IMG/VR virus record: IMGVR_UViG_3300037295_000333
Coordinates: 13,537 to 77,536 of that record
Direction: 5' to 3' (one strand)
From: a virus
Taxonomy: Duplodnaviria; Caudoviricetes
Length of the DNA: 64,000 nt
This document shows, piece after piece, positions 18,853 to 29,800 of this stretch. Position 1 is the first letter of the stretch, and every line of letters starts with the position of its first letter. Below the pieces are notes generated by a model. It had not been told where the DNA came from. It saw nothing but the letters and a program-made list of their open reading frames with translations, and made no database searches. Position numbers and translations under genes: made by a program.

Positions 18853-19734
18853 TTAATAATTTAATGAATATTTTTTTCTTTTATAGTTTGATTCTTCACC
18901 GCACTCACTCCTTAAACTTTGTAAAAGTTTTATTAAAAGTTGAGCGTTTGCAATGGTATCAGGCAATGCCCTATGCGCCTCTTTAAGTGTCAACCCTAAT
19001 GCGGCTGCACATATACCTAATGAATAGCTAGATAATTCAGACCATCTTAATCTTACCATTTCTAAAGTATCAATTTCAAAACTGTTTATTGATTTTTTAA
19101 AATCGCCGCCATTTTCTTCAAAAAACTTTATGGTAAATGGATTATCAAACGCTTTTATGTTGTGTCCTGCTATAATTGGTTTATTGCTTCCTGAGGTGTG
19201 TTTTTTAATTAAGTCATTAAAGGCGTTGTAAGCCTCTGAAAACTCTAAGCCTTCATCTAGTAGCAATTTTACATTTATATGCGTTATTTCAAGTGCCCGT
19301 GGGTTGTATGAGTGATTAAAATATACTTTTGAAATATCTTTAAATTCACCTTCTTGTAATTTTATATATTCTTCGTAAGAAAATATAACTGACTTCCTTT
19401 GTTTTAAAAATTCTACAAAAAATGAAATGTCATCAGCTAACAATTTTAGTGTTTTTAAAGTTATTTTTACTCCTTTGTAGTTTAGAGTTTTAATTCCTGA
19501 TTCTTCATCTTTTTGAGCTAAATTGTTAAATATTATTTTAGCTTCTTTGATTGGTTCCTCTACTATATGACAAAGATTTAGTCTTGGCTTTATAGCAACT
19601 GAAAATTCTTCAATTATTTCTAAAGTTTCAAGCGATATTACAACCGCTGCCAATTCTGTAATTGGGTTATACTTTTCACTTAATCCTCCCGTTTCAAGGT
19701 CGTAAACTATAATTGTTTTTAGCGGTGATTTCAT
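18853..19734 (-). CDS. DEDDh 3'-5' exonuclease (DnaQ/epsilon-like)
   Basis: VYDLETGGL, AGHNIKAFD, IDTL, AHRALPD. Confidence 0.9.
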   Translation of the reverse strand: MKSPLKTIIVYDLETGGLSEKYNPITELAAVVISLETLEIIEEFSVAIKPRLNLCHIVEEPIKEAKIIFNNLAQKDEESGIKTLNYKGVKITLKTLKLLADDISFFVEFLKQRKSVIFSYEEYIKLQEGEFKDISKVYFNHSYNPRALEITHINVKLLLDEGLEFSEAYNAFNDLIKKHTSGSNKPIIAGHNIKAFDNPFTIKFFEENGGDFKKSINSFEIDTLEMVRLRWSELSSYSLGICAAALGLTLKEAHRALPDTIANAQLLIKLLQSLRSECGEESNYKRKKYSLNY

Positions 19735-19781
19735 AATTTTATTTTTGTAAATGTATAAATTTTATTTTAATTTTTCTATAA

Positions 19782-21197
19782 TTATTTTTTATATTCTTCA
19801 GGCAAAGAAAAACCTTTTAATTTACCGTATGCTTGATTCAATATATACCAATTTTCAATGTATTTAAATTTAATGTGCATTGTACCCTTTTTAAAAAACT
19901 TTACTTCAAAAAATCTAAATTCAAACCATTTATTTGATTCAAATTCTACTGTTCTGTGCCAATTATATAAATCCATTGCCACAATTTTATTTTTTTGCTC
20001 TTTTGTATCAAAAACTTTTACGTTATAATCTTCTCCAATTAAATTACACACAACCTTTATCAAATCATCTATTTTTCTTGAACCGTATGAATCGTATCTT
20101 ATTTGAAGTTTTCCTCCATAGCTAATTTCTGAAATTCCTTCTACAATAAATTTTCTATTTAACATATACCCACTATTAGTTTTCCAACCTGATACTCCAA
20201 ATCTGTTTTCGTGACTATATTTTGTAAAATTGTCAATTGCTTCTTCTAATGCTTTATCGAATGTTTGCTGTCTTGTACCTACAATTATTTGCAACATCTT
20301 GTAAATATTTTTCATTGTAAAGGGGATTTTAGTTTGAGTTTCAACAAATTTATTGATGTCCCTCATTACTCCAGATGTAACATATTTTTCTAAATTCATT
20401 TTTTTAAATACGTGATCCCAAGATTGCTTTTGAATTATTTTTGAAAAATCAGCTTTATTGGTTATGCCTTTGTTATATCCAATTTCCATTCCTATTGTAC
20501 TTAATCCAATTTCTTTTGTATTGTAATTTAAATTGTCTAATTGTTCTTTTAGGTTGTCAAAAGATTTCATGATAAATACGTATCTATTTACTAATGCCCT
20601 TACTTCATTGTATTGCATTATCCCTTCTTGATCTTCTTCTTTTTCATCTTCTTCCATAAAGAAACCTTCAAACTCAAAATTACTTGATGTAACAGGTTTA
20701 AATAATCTAATTAATCCTATATCTATTACAGTTTTCCTTTCTGCATTAGAAAAGCAGTCACCCAAGTTTTCAGTATTTCCGTATTGTGAAATTACTGTTC
20801 CTAATCTAGGAAACCTTCTAATGTGTTCTATAGTTTCATAGTTGCATAACGAAACTATTTCACAGCCTTCAGGTGCAATTGTCCAAGCGTGCATTATGTG
20901 ACGCTCAACATTTGAAAAAGGTGGATTCATATAAATAGCATTTATATGACTTATTTCTTCTGGTTTACAATCAAAAAAATCTGTTCCTATTATCTTGCAT
21001 TTAGATTTTAAAATTGCCTGACACCTTTCATTAATTTCTATTGTTAAAACCTCTTTTGCTCCATTATTTTTACAGTAATCTACAATATGACCAAACCCTC
21101 CATGAGGCTCAAGGATTACCTTTCCCTCACATTCTAAATTCATTAATTCAATTGCCTCTAATGGAGTTGGGTATAACTCTTGATGAAATTCGTTCAT
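19782..21197 (-). CDS. methyltransferase (NPPF) with DUF4942-like C-terminal domain
   Basis: LYPTP, ILEPHGGFG, YMNPPF, C-terminal FFEVKFFKKGTMHIKF. Confidence 0.8.
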   Translation of the reverse strand: MNEFHQELYPTPLEAIELMNLECEGKVILEPHGGFGHIVDYCKNNGAKEVLTIEINERCQAILKSKCKIIGTDFFDCKPEEISHINAIYMNPPFSNVERHIMHAWTIAPEGCEIVSLCNYETIEHIRRFPRLGTVISQYGNTENLGDCFSNAERKTVIDIGLIRLFKPVTSSNFEFEGFFMEEDEKEEDQEGIMQYNEVRALVNRYVFIMKSFDNLKEQLDNLNYNTKEIGLSTIGMEIGYNKGITNKADFSKIIQKQSWDHVFKKMNLEKYVTSGVMRDINKFVETQTKIPFTMKNIYKMLQIIVGTRQQTFDKALEEAIDNFTKYSHENRFGVSGWKTNSGYMLNRKFIVEGISEISYGGKLQIRYDSYGSRKIDDLIKVVCNLIGEDYNVKVFDTKEQKNKIVAMDLYNWHRTVEFESNKWFEFRFFEVKFFKKGTMHIKFKYIENWYILNQAYGKLKGFSLPEEYKK

Positions 21198-21213
21198 AAT
21201 TTTGTTTTTTATA

Positions 21214-21453
21214 TTATCCTTTTGGGTTACAGTTTATTCCTCCAAATAGAAAGTGGCTAATTGTATTGTAAATACCTCCATTGCCTTTTATAGACTTTAA
21301 TAATTTTTTAATTATTTTCATATTTTTATTTTCTAATTCAACTTTACATTCCGTAAAACCATACTTTTTTTTAGCAATTTCAAAAACCTCTGTCGCTATA
21401 ATATTATTAAAGTAGTTATCAATTTTTTCTTTTAATTCTTTAGAAAGTTTCAT
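21214..21453 (-). CDS. hypothetical protein
   Basis: ORF track, in operon. Confidence 0.6.
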   Translation of the reverse strand: MKLSKELKEKIDNYFNNIIATEVFEIAKKKYGFTECKVELENKNMKIIKKLLKSIKGNGGIYNTISHFLFGGINCNPKG

Positions 21454-21533
21454 ATTTTTATTTTTTGTAAATGTATAATTAATTATTTGATAAACAATAC
21501 CTAAAACGAAATTTTTTAGTAATTTTAAAATTA

Positions 21534-21557
21534 CTTTTCTATCTATATGGGTGGAGT
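21534..21557 (-). promoter_or_regulatory. candidate phage RNAP promoter, copy 1 (fires leftward into replication genes)
   Basis: Minus strand ACTCCACCCATATAGATAGAAAAG; one of four near-identical copies. Confidence 0.7.
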
Positions 21558-22112
21558 CTAACTCAATCCTTTGATTTTCACTGCGTTAAGATAATTAGAA
21601 AAATTAGTATAATTGTTGTTAAATATGTTCATTTTAAACTTGTTTCCATTCTCCCATTCTTGATGACATTGTAGGCATAAATTATTTATATTTAATAAAT
21701 TGTGCCTTAATTCTGGTGCAATTGATTTTGGAATTACATGACTATAACGCCACCTTGCTATAACTTTTCCATCTTCACCTCTAAAATCTGTGGGCAATTG
21801 TTTATTACACTCTTCGCATTTGTGATTAGATAGATTAAAACTTTGTTCATAAAACTTTTCATCTTCAATTATTGCACTATTTCTTTTCTTTTCATTTGTT
21901 TTCCTTCTTAAAGATTCTTTAAATTCAAATTTAAGCCTATTTTCAGCCGCACTGCTTAACTTTTTATCTTTTTGTATATACTTTGTTGCTTCATTTTTTT
22001 TAACGCCTCTATTTGACTGTAAACGATTATTATTACATATCAAACATAGACCAAAAAAAGCATTCGAAATTTTTTGCTGCTTTTTGCAGTTTTTACATAT
22101 TTTTTCCATCAT
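21558..22112 (-). CDS. HNH/NinG-like endonuclease
   Basis: CKNC...CLIC zinc motif, HKCEEC, YSHVIPK, NINNLCLQCH. Confidence 0.75.
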   Translation of the reverse strand: MMEKICKNCKKQQKISNAFFGLCLICNNNRLQSNRGVKKNEATKYIQKDKKLSSAAENRLKFEFKESLRRKTNEKKRNSAIIEDEKFYEQSFNLSNHKCEECNKQLPTDFRGEDGKVIARWRYSHVIPKSIAPELRHNLLNINNLCLQCHQEWENGNKFKMNIFNNNYTNFSNYLNAVKIKGLS

Positions 22113-22211
22113 TTTTGTCTCTTTTTTTTGTGTAAATATAGGGTAAAAATAACGTTAAAATGAAATTTTTTACTCTTTTTTGTAACTTGTTGATTTTCAA
22201 TGAGTTTCTTA

Positions 22212-22235
22212 ACTCCACTCATATAGATAGAAAAG
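22212..22235 (+). promoter_or_regulatory. candidate phage RNAP promoter, copy 2 (fires rightward, antisense to the holin)
   Basis: Plus strand ACTCCACTCATATAGATAGAAAAG; predicted +1 G at 22226. Confidence 0.65.
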
Positions 22236-22313
22236 AACCCCCTTAAAAAAAACAAGGAATATATAAAAGGGTTTTATAGGGATGAATTATATCAACAATT
22301 CATCCCTTAAAAA

Positions 22314-22853
22314 CTACCCTTTTAAAAGTGATTTAATTTTATTTAAAATACCTTCATTTACTATCTTAATTATTTCATCTAGTAAAATAAAAAGTCGGCT
22401 TTTTTTATCAAACCTAACTTGTTCATTTTCTCCAATAGATTGCAATTCGATTAATACGACATATATCAACATTGTAAACTTTATGGCAAGAAGAATTGAT
22501 GAAATAAATCCAAATAATTCTAATCTTAAAGTTTCTATTTCTAAAGTGTATATAAACCAAATTATAATTGTAAAAATAAAGATTTTTTCAAACGCTCGCC
22601 ACCCACGACCGCTTTCAAATGTAAAGGGTTTTCCTAAATCATTTTTTCTCTTTGTATCTGCCTTAATGCCCGTATGGATGTCAACTATATTTATCCCTAG
22701 AGCTATTAGCCATAGAGTTGAGTTTATTCCAAACAAATATAATGGAGTAATTTGATTAATTGCTCCAATTATACTTGCAAATATAGTTCCAAGACTTGCT
22801 GAAACTATATATAAATCCTTGTGCATTAAGAAGTTTGTTATTAATTGCTTCAT
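22314..22853 (-). CDS. holin (phage holin family 4-like)
   Basis: Several TM segments, VDIHTGIKA, FESGRGWRAFEK, IELQSIGEN. Confidence 0.75.
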   Translation of the reverse strand: MKQLITNFLMHKDLYIVSASLGTIFASIIGAINQITPLYLFGINSTLWLIALGINIVDIHTGIKADTKRKNDLGKPFTFESGRGWRAFEKIFIFTIIIWFIYTLEIETLRLELFGFISSILLAIKFTMLIYVVLIELQSIGENEQVRFDKKSRLFILLDEIIKIVNEGILNKIKSLLKG

Positions 22854-22857
22854 AATG

Positions 22858-23286
22858 TTATTGGTCGTTTAAATCAATTGTAAAGTCGTCTCCACTTTGA
22901 AAAGTGTATGAAAAACGACTTAATTGTGCGGTACTGCTCTCATATCCAGTACTATTTGTTATATCAGCTGTAAATAAAATTGATCCCGTAAAAATAGTTT
23001 TTCTATTATCGGGTAAAAGTGGGTCTTCAATTAAATCTACATCAAAATACCAAGTTCCTACAACAGATTCAAATACAACTCCAAATGAATCTATATAATC
23101 GATAGCCTTTGATTTTGAAAGTATTAGGTAACGATTATTAAGAATTTCAAATGACCTATATGGCTGTAATTTTGGATCTTTTTTCATCCAAGAAGACATT
23201 GTTCCCATATAAGTTTTACCAAGGTCTATAACAAGTTTTTCGCCACGCCTTGCTTTAACTGTTTTTAAATTTGGTAGGTTACTCAT
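22858..23286 (-). CDS. putative virion protein
   Basis: Structural operon context; beta-rich. Confidence 0.5.
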   Translation of the reverse strand: MSNLPNLKTVKARRGEKLVIDLGKTYMGTMSSWMKKDPKLQPYRSFEILNNRYLILSKSKAIDYIDSFGVVFESVVGTWYFDVDLIEDPLLPDNRKTIFTGSILFTADITNSTGYESSTAQLSRFSYTFQSGDDFTIDLNDQ

Positions 23287-23305
23287 ATTTTATTTTTTAA
23301 TTGTT

Positions 23306-23878
23306 TTAAACTGCTGTTGTAATGCTTACAGCTAATTCTGGCATTGAAGTTTCTCTTACAACTGCAATATCTGGAGTAGCTAAAGTAACCACATAAAAGT
23401 TACTATTTTGTGCCCCAGTATAAGCTCTTTCTGCACCTGACATTCTCAACCCTTGATCTGCTCCAAATAATTCATAAAGTCCAGTTGAACGGTCAACTGT
23501 AATTGCAACAACCAAACCTCTTCCTAATGCTTCAATTGTCTTTCTGTCTTTTGCTAATTTACTATAAACGGTAAAAGCAATAGAATGAACGTGTGCAACA
23601 TCTCCATCTTCTTTTATTTCAGGAGTTGAACTAGGTACAACTGAATAATCAGTTCCTTGAAATACATATTGAATTGCTGCTGTTTTTAGTTTAATGGCAG
23701 TCAATCCTTCTTGGTTTTTATTAGCATCATCTATCTCTCTATTTGAAGGTAAAAGAGTAGCAACTTTGTCAAAATCACTATAATTTACTAATATTAAATC
23801 TTTTTCTGCCCCAATGGCAGCATTAACTGTAGCACAATCTCTTAAAATTCCGCTACTTATAACTCTTATACAACCCAT
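23306..23878 (-). CDS. putative major tail tube protein
   Basis: MGC...DC N-terminus, size and position typical of Bacteroidota siphovirus tube proteins; inference. Confidence 0.5.
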   Translation of the reverse strand: MGCIRVISSGILRDCATVNAAIGAEKDLILVNYSDFDKVATLLPSNREIDDANKNQEGLTAIKLKTAAIQYVFQGTDYSVVPSSTPEIKEDGDVAHVHSIAFTVYSKLAKDRKTIEALGRGLVVAITVDRSTGLYELFGADQGLRMSGAERAYTGAQNSNFYVVTLATPDIAVVRETSMPELAVSITTAV

Positions 23879-23901
23879 AATTATTTTTTTTATTTTTGTT
23901 A

Positions 23902-23928
23902 AAAAAAACCCCCAAAATAGGGGGATTT
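23902..23928 (-). terminator. intrinsic terminator after the major capsid gene
   Basis: CCCC-CTATTTT-GGGG hairpin followed by a T8 tract on the minus strand. Confidence 0.7.
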
Positions 23929-23958
23929 ATAAAATTTATACTTAAAATTATTTAAATA

Positions 23959-24945
23959 CTAGATAAGTGCAGAAGTTGTATAAAAACATACTTCTTCTGG
24001 ACGTACTACAAAAATGTCAAGTGCAAAAGTCAATAACATTCCATACTCACGACCAAAGTTAGATAATCTATTTACTTCAAGGTTGTTAAAGTCAGAACTC
24101 AATGAAGTACCCATTTGAATTGCATCTGTCTTCAAATCACCTGACATAGAACACAATAAAAGTGTGTTGTCTGGGAAAGATGGATTTTCAATCATTGAAT
24201 AACCTGCATATCTAAGGATACCCTCCTCAGTAACATCAACACCTTTGAAGTTTAAGTTTAAACGTTGTGCTTCTTTGATTAAATCGGCAGTTCCGTGAGA
24301 CATCATGAACTTTCTATTTGCTCTTTTTCTCATTCCTTTTGTTTGTCCTTTGATAAGGATTTCCAATTTTTGGAAAATGTTTGCTGCAGTCAAAGCTGCC
24401 CCTAATGCATCTCCTGAACCACCTGCATGAGCTCTAAATGCAATAGATGTGTTGTTTACTACTTGTGTTGCAGTTGGAGTTGCTCCTTGCAATGCAGTGT
24501 ATGCACTTGATTTTAGCTGAGGGATAAGTCCAGTTAATAGTGCAGTTGTGTTGTTTGTTAGCAATTCTTCAGCTGCTGAAGCAGCAGATCCCAAAAATAA
24601 TTCTTCTAAAGACGATTGAACAACAGTTGGTAACCCTTCCCACTGAAATTCTCCAGCTGGCTGGTAATCTTTCCAGTAAGAGTAGTAGTCTGCTGGATCA
24701 AAAGTTTCAAAACTTTCAATTACTGCCAAACTTCTTTTAAATGCTTGCTTTAAAGATGTATTAGATACTGTTGATGCAGGGTTTGCTGAACGTGCTCTTA
24801 ATACGTTTCTAATGTCATGTTTAAATGCGTTGTACCCATCTTTGTCTCCTTCATTCATAAATGCTAAAGAGTTTTCGATAAATACATTTCCTGTTAATGC
24901 TCTTGTCAATACGCCTACTGGTGCTGGTCCTACGTTAAATGCCAT
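23959..24945 (-). CDS. major capsid protein
   Basis: 328 aa, follows protease/scaffold, strong codon bias, own terminator, KFMMSHGT...YAGYSMIENPSFPDNTLL pattern. Confidence 0.8.
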   Translation of the reverse strand: MAFNVGPAPVGVLTRALTGNVFIENSLAFMNEGDKDGYNAFKHDIRNVLRARSANPASTVSNTSLKQAFKRSLAVIESFETFDPADYYSYWKDYQPAGEFQWEGLPTVVQSSLEELFLGSAASAAEELLTNNTTALLTGLIPQLKSSAYTALQGATPTATQVVNNTSIAFRAHAGGSGDALGAALTAANIFQKLEILIKGQTKGMRKRANRKFMMSHGTADLIKEAQRLNLNFKGVDVTEEGILRYAGYSMIENPSFPDNTLLLCSMSGDLKTDAIQMGTSLSSDFNNLEVNRLSNFGREYGMLLTFALDIFVVRPEEVCFYTTSALI

Positions 24946-25031
24946 AATTTTGTAATTTATTTATTATATTTATTGAGATATTTGTGTAGGCTATCCCTGC
25001 TCCTTATTTTTTATTATAATTTTAAAAAAGT

Positions 25032-26897
25032 TTATTTTTTAAAATCTGATTCTTGCATTTTATTTGCCAAAGCTCTTTGAAAAATACTTCCTGTTGGAGA
25101 TGCACCTACTTTTGCTCTTGCGGATGGCTTAAAATTTGAAGTAGTATTTTTTGCCAAAGTATCAATAGCTTGAGCTGCTAATTCTTCAAAAGCCTTTGCC
25201 TCTAAAAATTTTGCTTCAACGGCTCCACTTTCGTCTGTAAGTCTATTTACTTCAACCACTAATGCATCTACAATTTCTTGTAACTTCATAAAGTCTTCCA
25301 TTGTAATTGAAGGCTGACTGTGATCCATTTCTGGAACTGGCTCAATTACCATTTCCTTTTCTTTCATTGGGTCGTCCATAGAGATAATCATTTCTTTTTC
25401 TTTATCTTTCATGGGGTCTGCAGCCATTTCCTCTTTTTTCATAGGGTCATCCATAGCAACAACTTTTTCTTCTTTTGGTGCAACTGCTGGTGCAGGATTT
25501 GTAATAACTGGCATATCTGCCATTCTTTCTTTACCATAACTTAAATCTTCAACTTCAGGAACACTTGTTTCACCTGGAACATTTTTTTCAATAGATGTGA
25601 TTAAAAAATCAACTATTGTAATTTTTGCACCATCAGATAAAATAATTTCACCACTCTCTAAACTCGTACGGTCTCCCGTTTGATATTGAGATGGATCTTT
25701 TTGGAAAATTTCAAATTCCCCACCTTTGTCGTCATAGTACAACTGATTTACGAATTGTGCACCATTGACCATTCCTATCACTCGATGTAATAGATTTAGC
25801 GTGTTTTTCATATTGGATTCTTTTTTAATATTTGCGGCAACTGACTTTTGCCTCTTTTTAATATCAACTACTTTGTCAGCAAATCCGTAGTTAACAGCTT
25901 GTTTTGCATCAAGATAAGTTTCTTTATCCATCAACTTTTTTATTTCTTCTCTGCTTAAATCTGTAAATAAAATATAAAGTTCATACATCACATCTTCAAG
26001 ATTCCTTAAAGAAGTTAAATGTATCTCCAAGTCATTAGCGTTTGCATACTGAATTTCAGGCACCATAGGATTATGTACCATTATGTCTGCACTGTTCGAT
26101 ATAAGTTTATTATTTGCAGCCAACATAATTAAAGATGCAATACTATAGGCATTTGCCGTGACTATAGTGGTAACATTTTTACCCATTTCTGAAAGTAAGT
26201 TCATCCAAACCATTATTAATAGTCCCTCGTATACACTACCGCCTGGACTTGCAATTTCAATAACCAAATTATCAAATTCATCAATTTTTCCCGCTTGTTC
26301 TTGTAGGTTTTTTAACGTTTCCCCTTCAATAACTGCACCTTCTAATTTAATGAGTCTTATAACTGAATTTTCTTCATTTTTTATTTCCACATTATTTATT
26401 GATTTTATTTTGTTAGCTGAGCCTTTTGTTGTATATTTGTTAACCATCCAATTTTTAAATGAATCTAAACTAAAAGAGGTAATTGAACTAAATCCTTTCC
26501 AATCTTTTGAGTAGCTATCTAAATAACCTTGCTTTGCAGAATCAATGTCTTTAAACCCAAACATAACTTTATGTTCGTCAAAAATTCCACTTTTAGGGTC
26601 AATTTGATTTACAACATAAACTTCAAAATCACTTTCAAGAAAATCACCTAGAAATACATCAATTTCGTCACCGTCAACTCCAATAGTATTTTCAAAATAG
26701 CCATAAGAGTAAGGCATAAATACAGACCATTTAACGCCTGATTTATCTGTTCCTGTTCTATTTGACCCAGACGGGTTTTCTATCGCTATATCGAAGCCAT
26801 ATACACTTAATTTGTCCTTTATATAGTTACCTGATTCCTTTTGATGCTTACTTGGATTTAATTCTGTTTCTTTGTCTGCTTTTATTTTTTCATCCAT
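25032..26897 (-). CDS. ClpP-type prohead protease with N-terminal InPase-like domain and C-terminal scaffold
   Basis: Start moved to MDEKIK at 26897 (tape-measure stop at 26899); IASPGGSVYEG, AYSIAS, MVHNP, ETYLDAKQAVNYGFAD; YGYFENTIGVDGDEIDVFLG...FDEHKVMFGF; Met/Asp/Glu-rich repeats. Confidence 0.85.
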   Translation of the reverse strand: MDEKIKADKETELNPSKHQKESGNYIKDKLSVYGFDIAIENPSGSNRTGTDKSGVKWSVFMPYSYGYFENTIGVDGDEIDVFLGDFLESDFEVYVVNQIDPKSGIFDEHKVMFGFKDIDSAKQGYLDSYSKDWKGFSSITSFSLDSFKNWMVNKYTTKGSANKIKSINNVEIKNEENSVIRLIKLEGAVIEGETLKNLQEQAGKIDEFDNLVIEIASPGGSVYEGLLIMVWMNLLSEMGKNVTTIVTANAYSIASLIMLAANNKLISNSADIMVHNPMVPEIQYANANDLEIHLTSLRNLEDVMYELYILFTDLSREEIKKLMDKETYLDAKQAVNYGFADKVVDIKKRQKSVAANIKKESNMKNTLNLLHRVIGMVNGAQFVNQLYYDDKGGEFEIFQKDPSQYQTGDRTSLESGEIILSDGAKITIVDFLITSIEKNVPGETSVPEVEDLSYGKERMADMPVITNPAPAVAPKEEKVVAMDDPMKKEEMAADPMKDKEKEMIISMDDPMKEKEMVIEPVPEMDHSQPSITMEDFMKLQEIVDALVVEVNRLTDESGAVEAKFLEAKAFEELAAQAIDTLAKNTTSNFKPSARAKVGASPTGSIFQRALANKMQESDFKK

Positions 26898-26898
26898 T

Positions 26899-29800
26899 TT
26901 ATATTTTAGTTTTATTTTCTTTAAAAGCAACTTGTGTTTTAAAATCATTATATCTACTTTCTGAAAAAACAATTCCTTGAGACATTCCTCCCCTTGCATT
27001 ATTTGCGGCATTTGCATTTGCATTTGAACCAATTGAAGGGTCAATTCCTAATCTTGCAGCATTGTTTGCAGCTATACTTGAAACTCCAGCTGTGGCAACT
27101 GATGTTGCTGCAGAAGAAATAGATCCACCTCCTGCTCCACCTCCTCCACTTTTTCTTGAAGGAAACCTAACTTTTTTAATATCAGCCAAACCTTTTATAA
27201 TTGGTATTATAGTTGTTGCGGTTTCTGCTGCTTTAAATGCAACTGATAATGGAAATGGATATGGAGACTTAGCTGACCATATATTACTTATTGCTGTAGG
27301 TGCATTCATTATAGCCTGAGCTATTGCAACTTCTCTCTGAATACCAAAAAGCTCTGCAGCTTTATCCATTTGCCTATTAGCCTCCTTTGTCCTTATATCT
27401 CCAATAGACTTTTCTGAAACCGCTACAATCTCACCCCTTGCAGTAGCATATTTATTTATTATATCATTTTTTTGAGATTCCGTAAGCTCAGTATTTTCAA
27501 GTTCTTTTATCTTTTTTGCATCTAAGAAGGTAAAATCTCTAGTTTGTTTATCAATAAGTTGTTGCAATTCTAAAGCAAATGTGTTTTCTCCTTTTAATCT
27601 TTTTGCTTCAAGTTCTTTTTGGTCGGAATCTAATTGTGCTTGCTCTGCTAAATCGTGGTACTTTATGTCAATTAATGCTTTTTCACTTTCGGTCAAATCT
27701 TTTTTAAAAACCTCTGCTTGCCTCTGTCTTTCTAAAAAATCTAATTGTAAGGCTAAAACATTTTCACCATTAGCTTGCCTGTCTTGCAAGTCCTTTTCCT
27801 CTAAAGCAATTTTTGAATCAGACTCTCTTTGCAATCTATTAGCCTTAACTTCATCTTCTAAAACTTGATACCTTCCCCTTATTTCTGCCTTACCTATTTC
27901 AGTAAGTTCATCATTTTGAAGTTCATTATTTTTTCTTCTTTCAAGAAGGTCAATTTGTAATTTATCGGTATTTTCACCCAAAGATTTTCTTCTTTGAATG
28001 TCCATTTCATCAATTTTAGACTGATTGTCAAACTCTAATTTTGCAGCTTTTATTTTTTCGTCTTGAGCCCTTTTTCTTTCAGCTTCAGCTTTTTTTTGTG
28101 CAGCATCTCTTTTTGCCATAGCTTTTTCGTTTGCAGCTATTTCTTTTTCATCTAATCCAGAATCTCCGCCTACAACTCCACCACTTTTTGGCTGTAATGA
28201 TTTTAATGCTGCATTTGCAGCTTGAATTCTTCCACGCCTTACTCCTAAATCTTTGTTAATTTTATCAATGTCCTCTTTTGCTTGAGCTCTATCTTGTCTA
28301 TTAGACCTTTTTAAATTACTTAACTTTAATTTATCTAACTCTTCAAATATTTTTGTTGATTCTTTTAATCTTTTGTTAAGTGTATTGGTTTCTTCAATAG
28401 CTATTTTTTTATTTTCTTCAGCTATTGCCTTTGTTCTTTTTGGATCTAAACCTAAATAAATTTGAGTATCAGCTTTTAATGATTCTCCTGCGGCAATATT
28501 TCTAAGGTCAGAAAAAGTGGCGTTAAATTTAGTTAAAGTGTTAAGTGCTTCGGTAATTATTTGAACTGTTCCTGTAAAGAATTTGCTCAATGCACCATCT
28601 CCATTATTTAAAGATAAAATTAATCCATCAAAAGCTGAACTCATCAAAGTAGTTTGACCTGACAAACTATTTAATTGTTCATCTGCCATTTTTTGTGCAG
28701 CTCCTCCAGCTTCATTTAATGCAATTCCAAGAGCTTCAATTTTAGGTATATTTTTCCCCAAAACAAGAAGTGAAGTAGATGCTGTTCTACCAACTTCATC
28801 CATAGAGTCAGTTACAGAAATTCCATTTTTTGCAATTTCCCTTAAGCCTTCATTAAAAGGTTTTCCAGTTTTTGTAATTTCTGAAAAAATTCGTCTTAAT
28901 GAAGTACCTGCCATTGAACCTTTTATTCCATTGTCAGCTAAAACTCCAAGAAGTGCAGTAGTTTGTTCAATTGGAACGTTTAAAGCATTTGCAACTGGTG
29001 CAACAAATTTCATTGATTCTTTAAAAGTTGTAATGTCTAAAGCCGATGAAGTAAATGATTTAGCCATTACGTCAACAACCCTACCCATTTGAGATGCATC
29101 AAGATTAAATGCACGTAATGTTTGACCTGCAATTAAAGCTGCATTTGCCAAATCTGTGTCAACTGCTGAAGCCAAAGTACTTATTGCCTTTGTAGATGCT
29201 AAAATTTCAGGTTCAGAAAAACCTAATTTACCAAGCTCTTTTTGCAAACCTACAATTTCAGAGGCAGTAAATCTTGTTGTTGCTCCTAGCTCTTTTGCAT
29301 TGTCCGTTAGTCCCTTTATACCTTCTCTATTTGTTCCTAAAGTAGCAGCTAAATCAGCACTTACTTTGTCAAAATCTTTTATTGTATTATATGCACCTTT
29401 TAATACATTTGCAAACAAACTTATTCCTGCAACTAATCCAAAAGCACCAACTAAGTTTTTTACACCTGATGTAAGAGAGCCAATTGTACCACTTATTCCC
29501 TTTGAACTTTTACTAAAATCGCCAACCGCTCTATCTGCTTTTCTTACTTTTGTATCAAGTGTATCAAATTCTTTTTGAGCCTTTTTTATTGCATCTGTAG
29601 AAGCATTTTCACTAGAAATTAAGTCTAGTAACTTTCTTTTTGATTCACTTCTAGCATTAGTAAGTTTATTATATGCACTATTTAAAGTAATACTAGCAGA
29701 AGTTTCTTTTTTAAGGGAAGAATTTAGTCTATCTTCTACTTTAATGCCTGCCTCACTAACTTTTAAAGAATCGAGTTTTGCTTTATTTAATTTATCAAAT

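Noticed and set aside
22282-22755. 157-aa plus-strand ORF downstream of the antisense promoter
   Set aside because: Lies opposite the holin with Ser/Ile/Phe-rich antisense composition and no motif; treated as a shadow ORF, although an antisense RNA remains possible
26898-27044. N-terminal 49 codons of the 670-aa ORF in the track
   Set aside because: Overlap the tape-measure 3' end; the ATG at 26897 directly after the TMP stop is the better start
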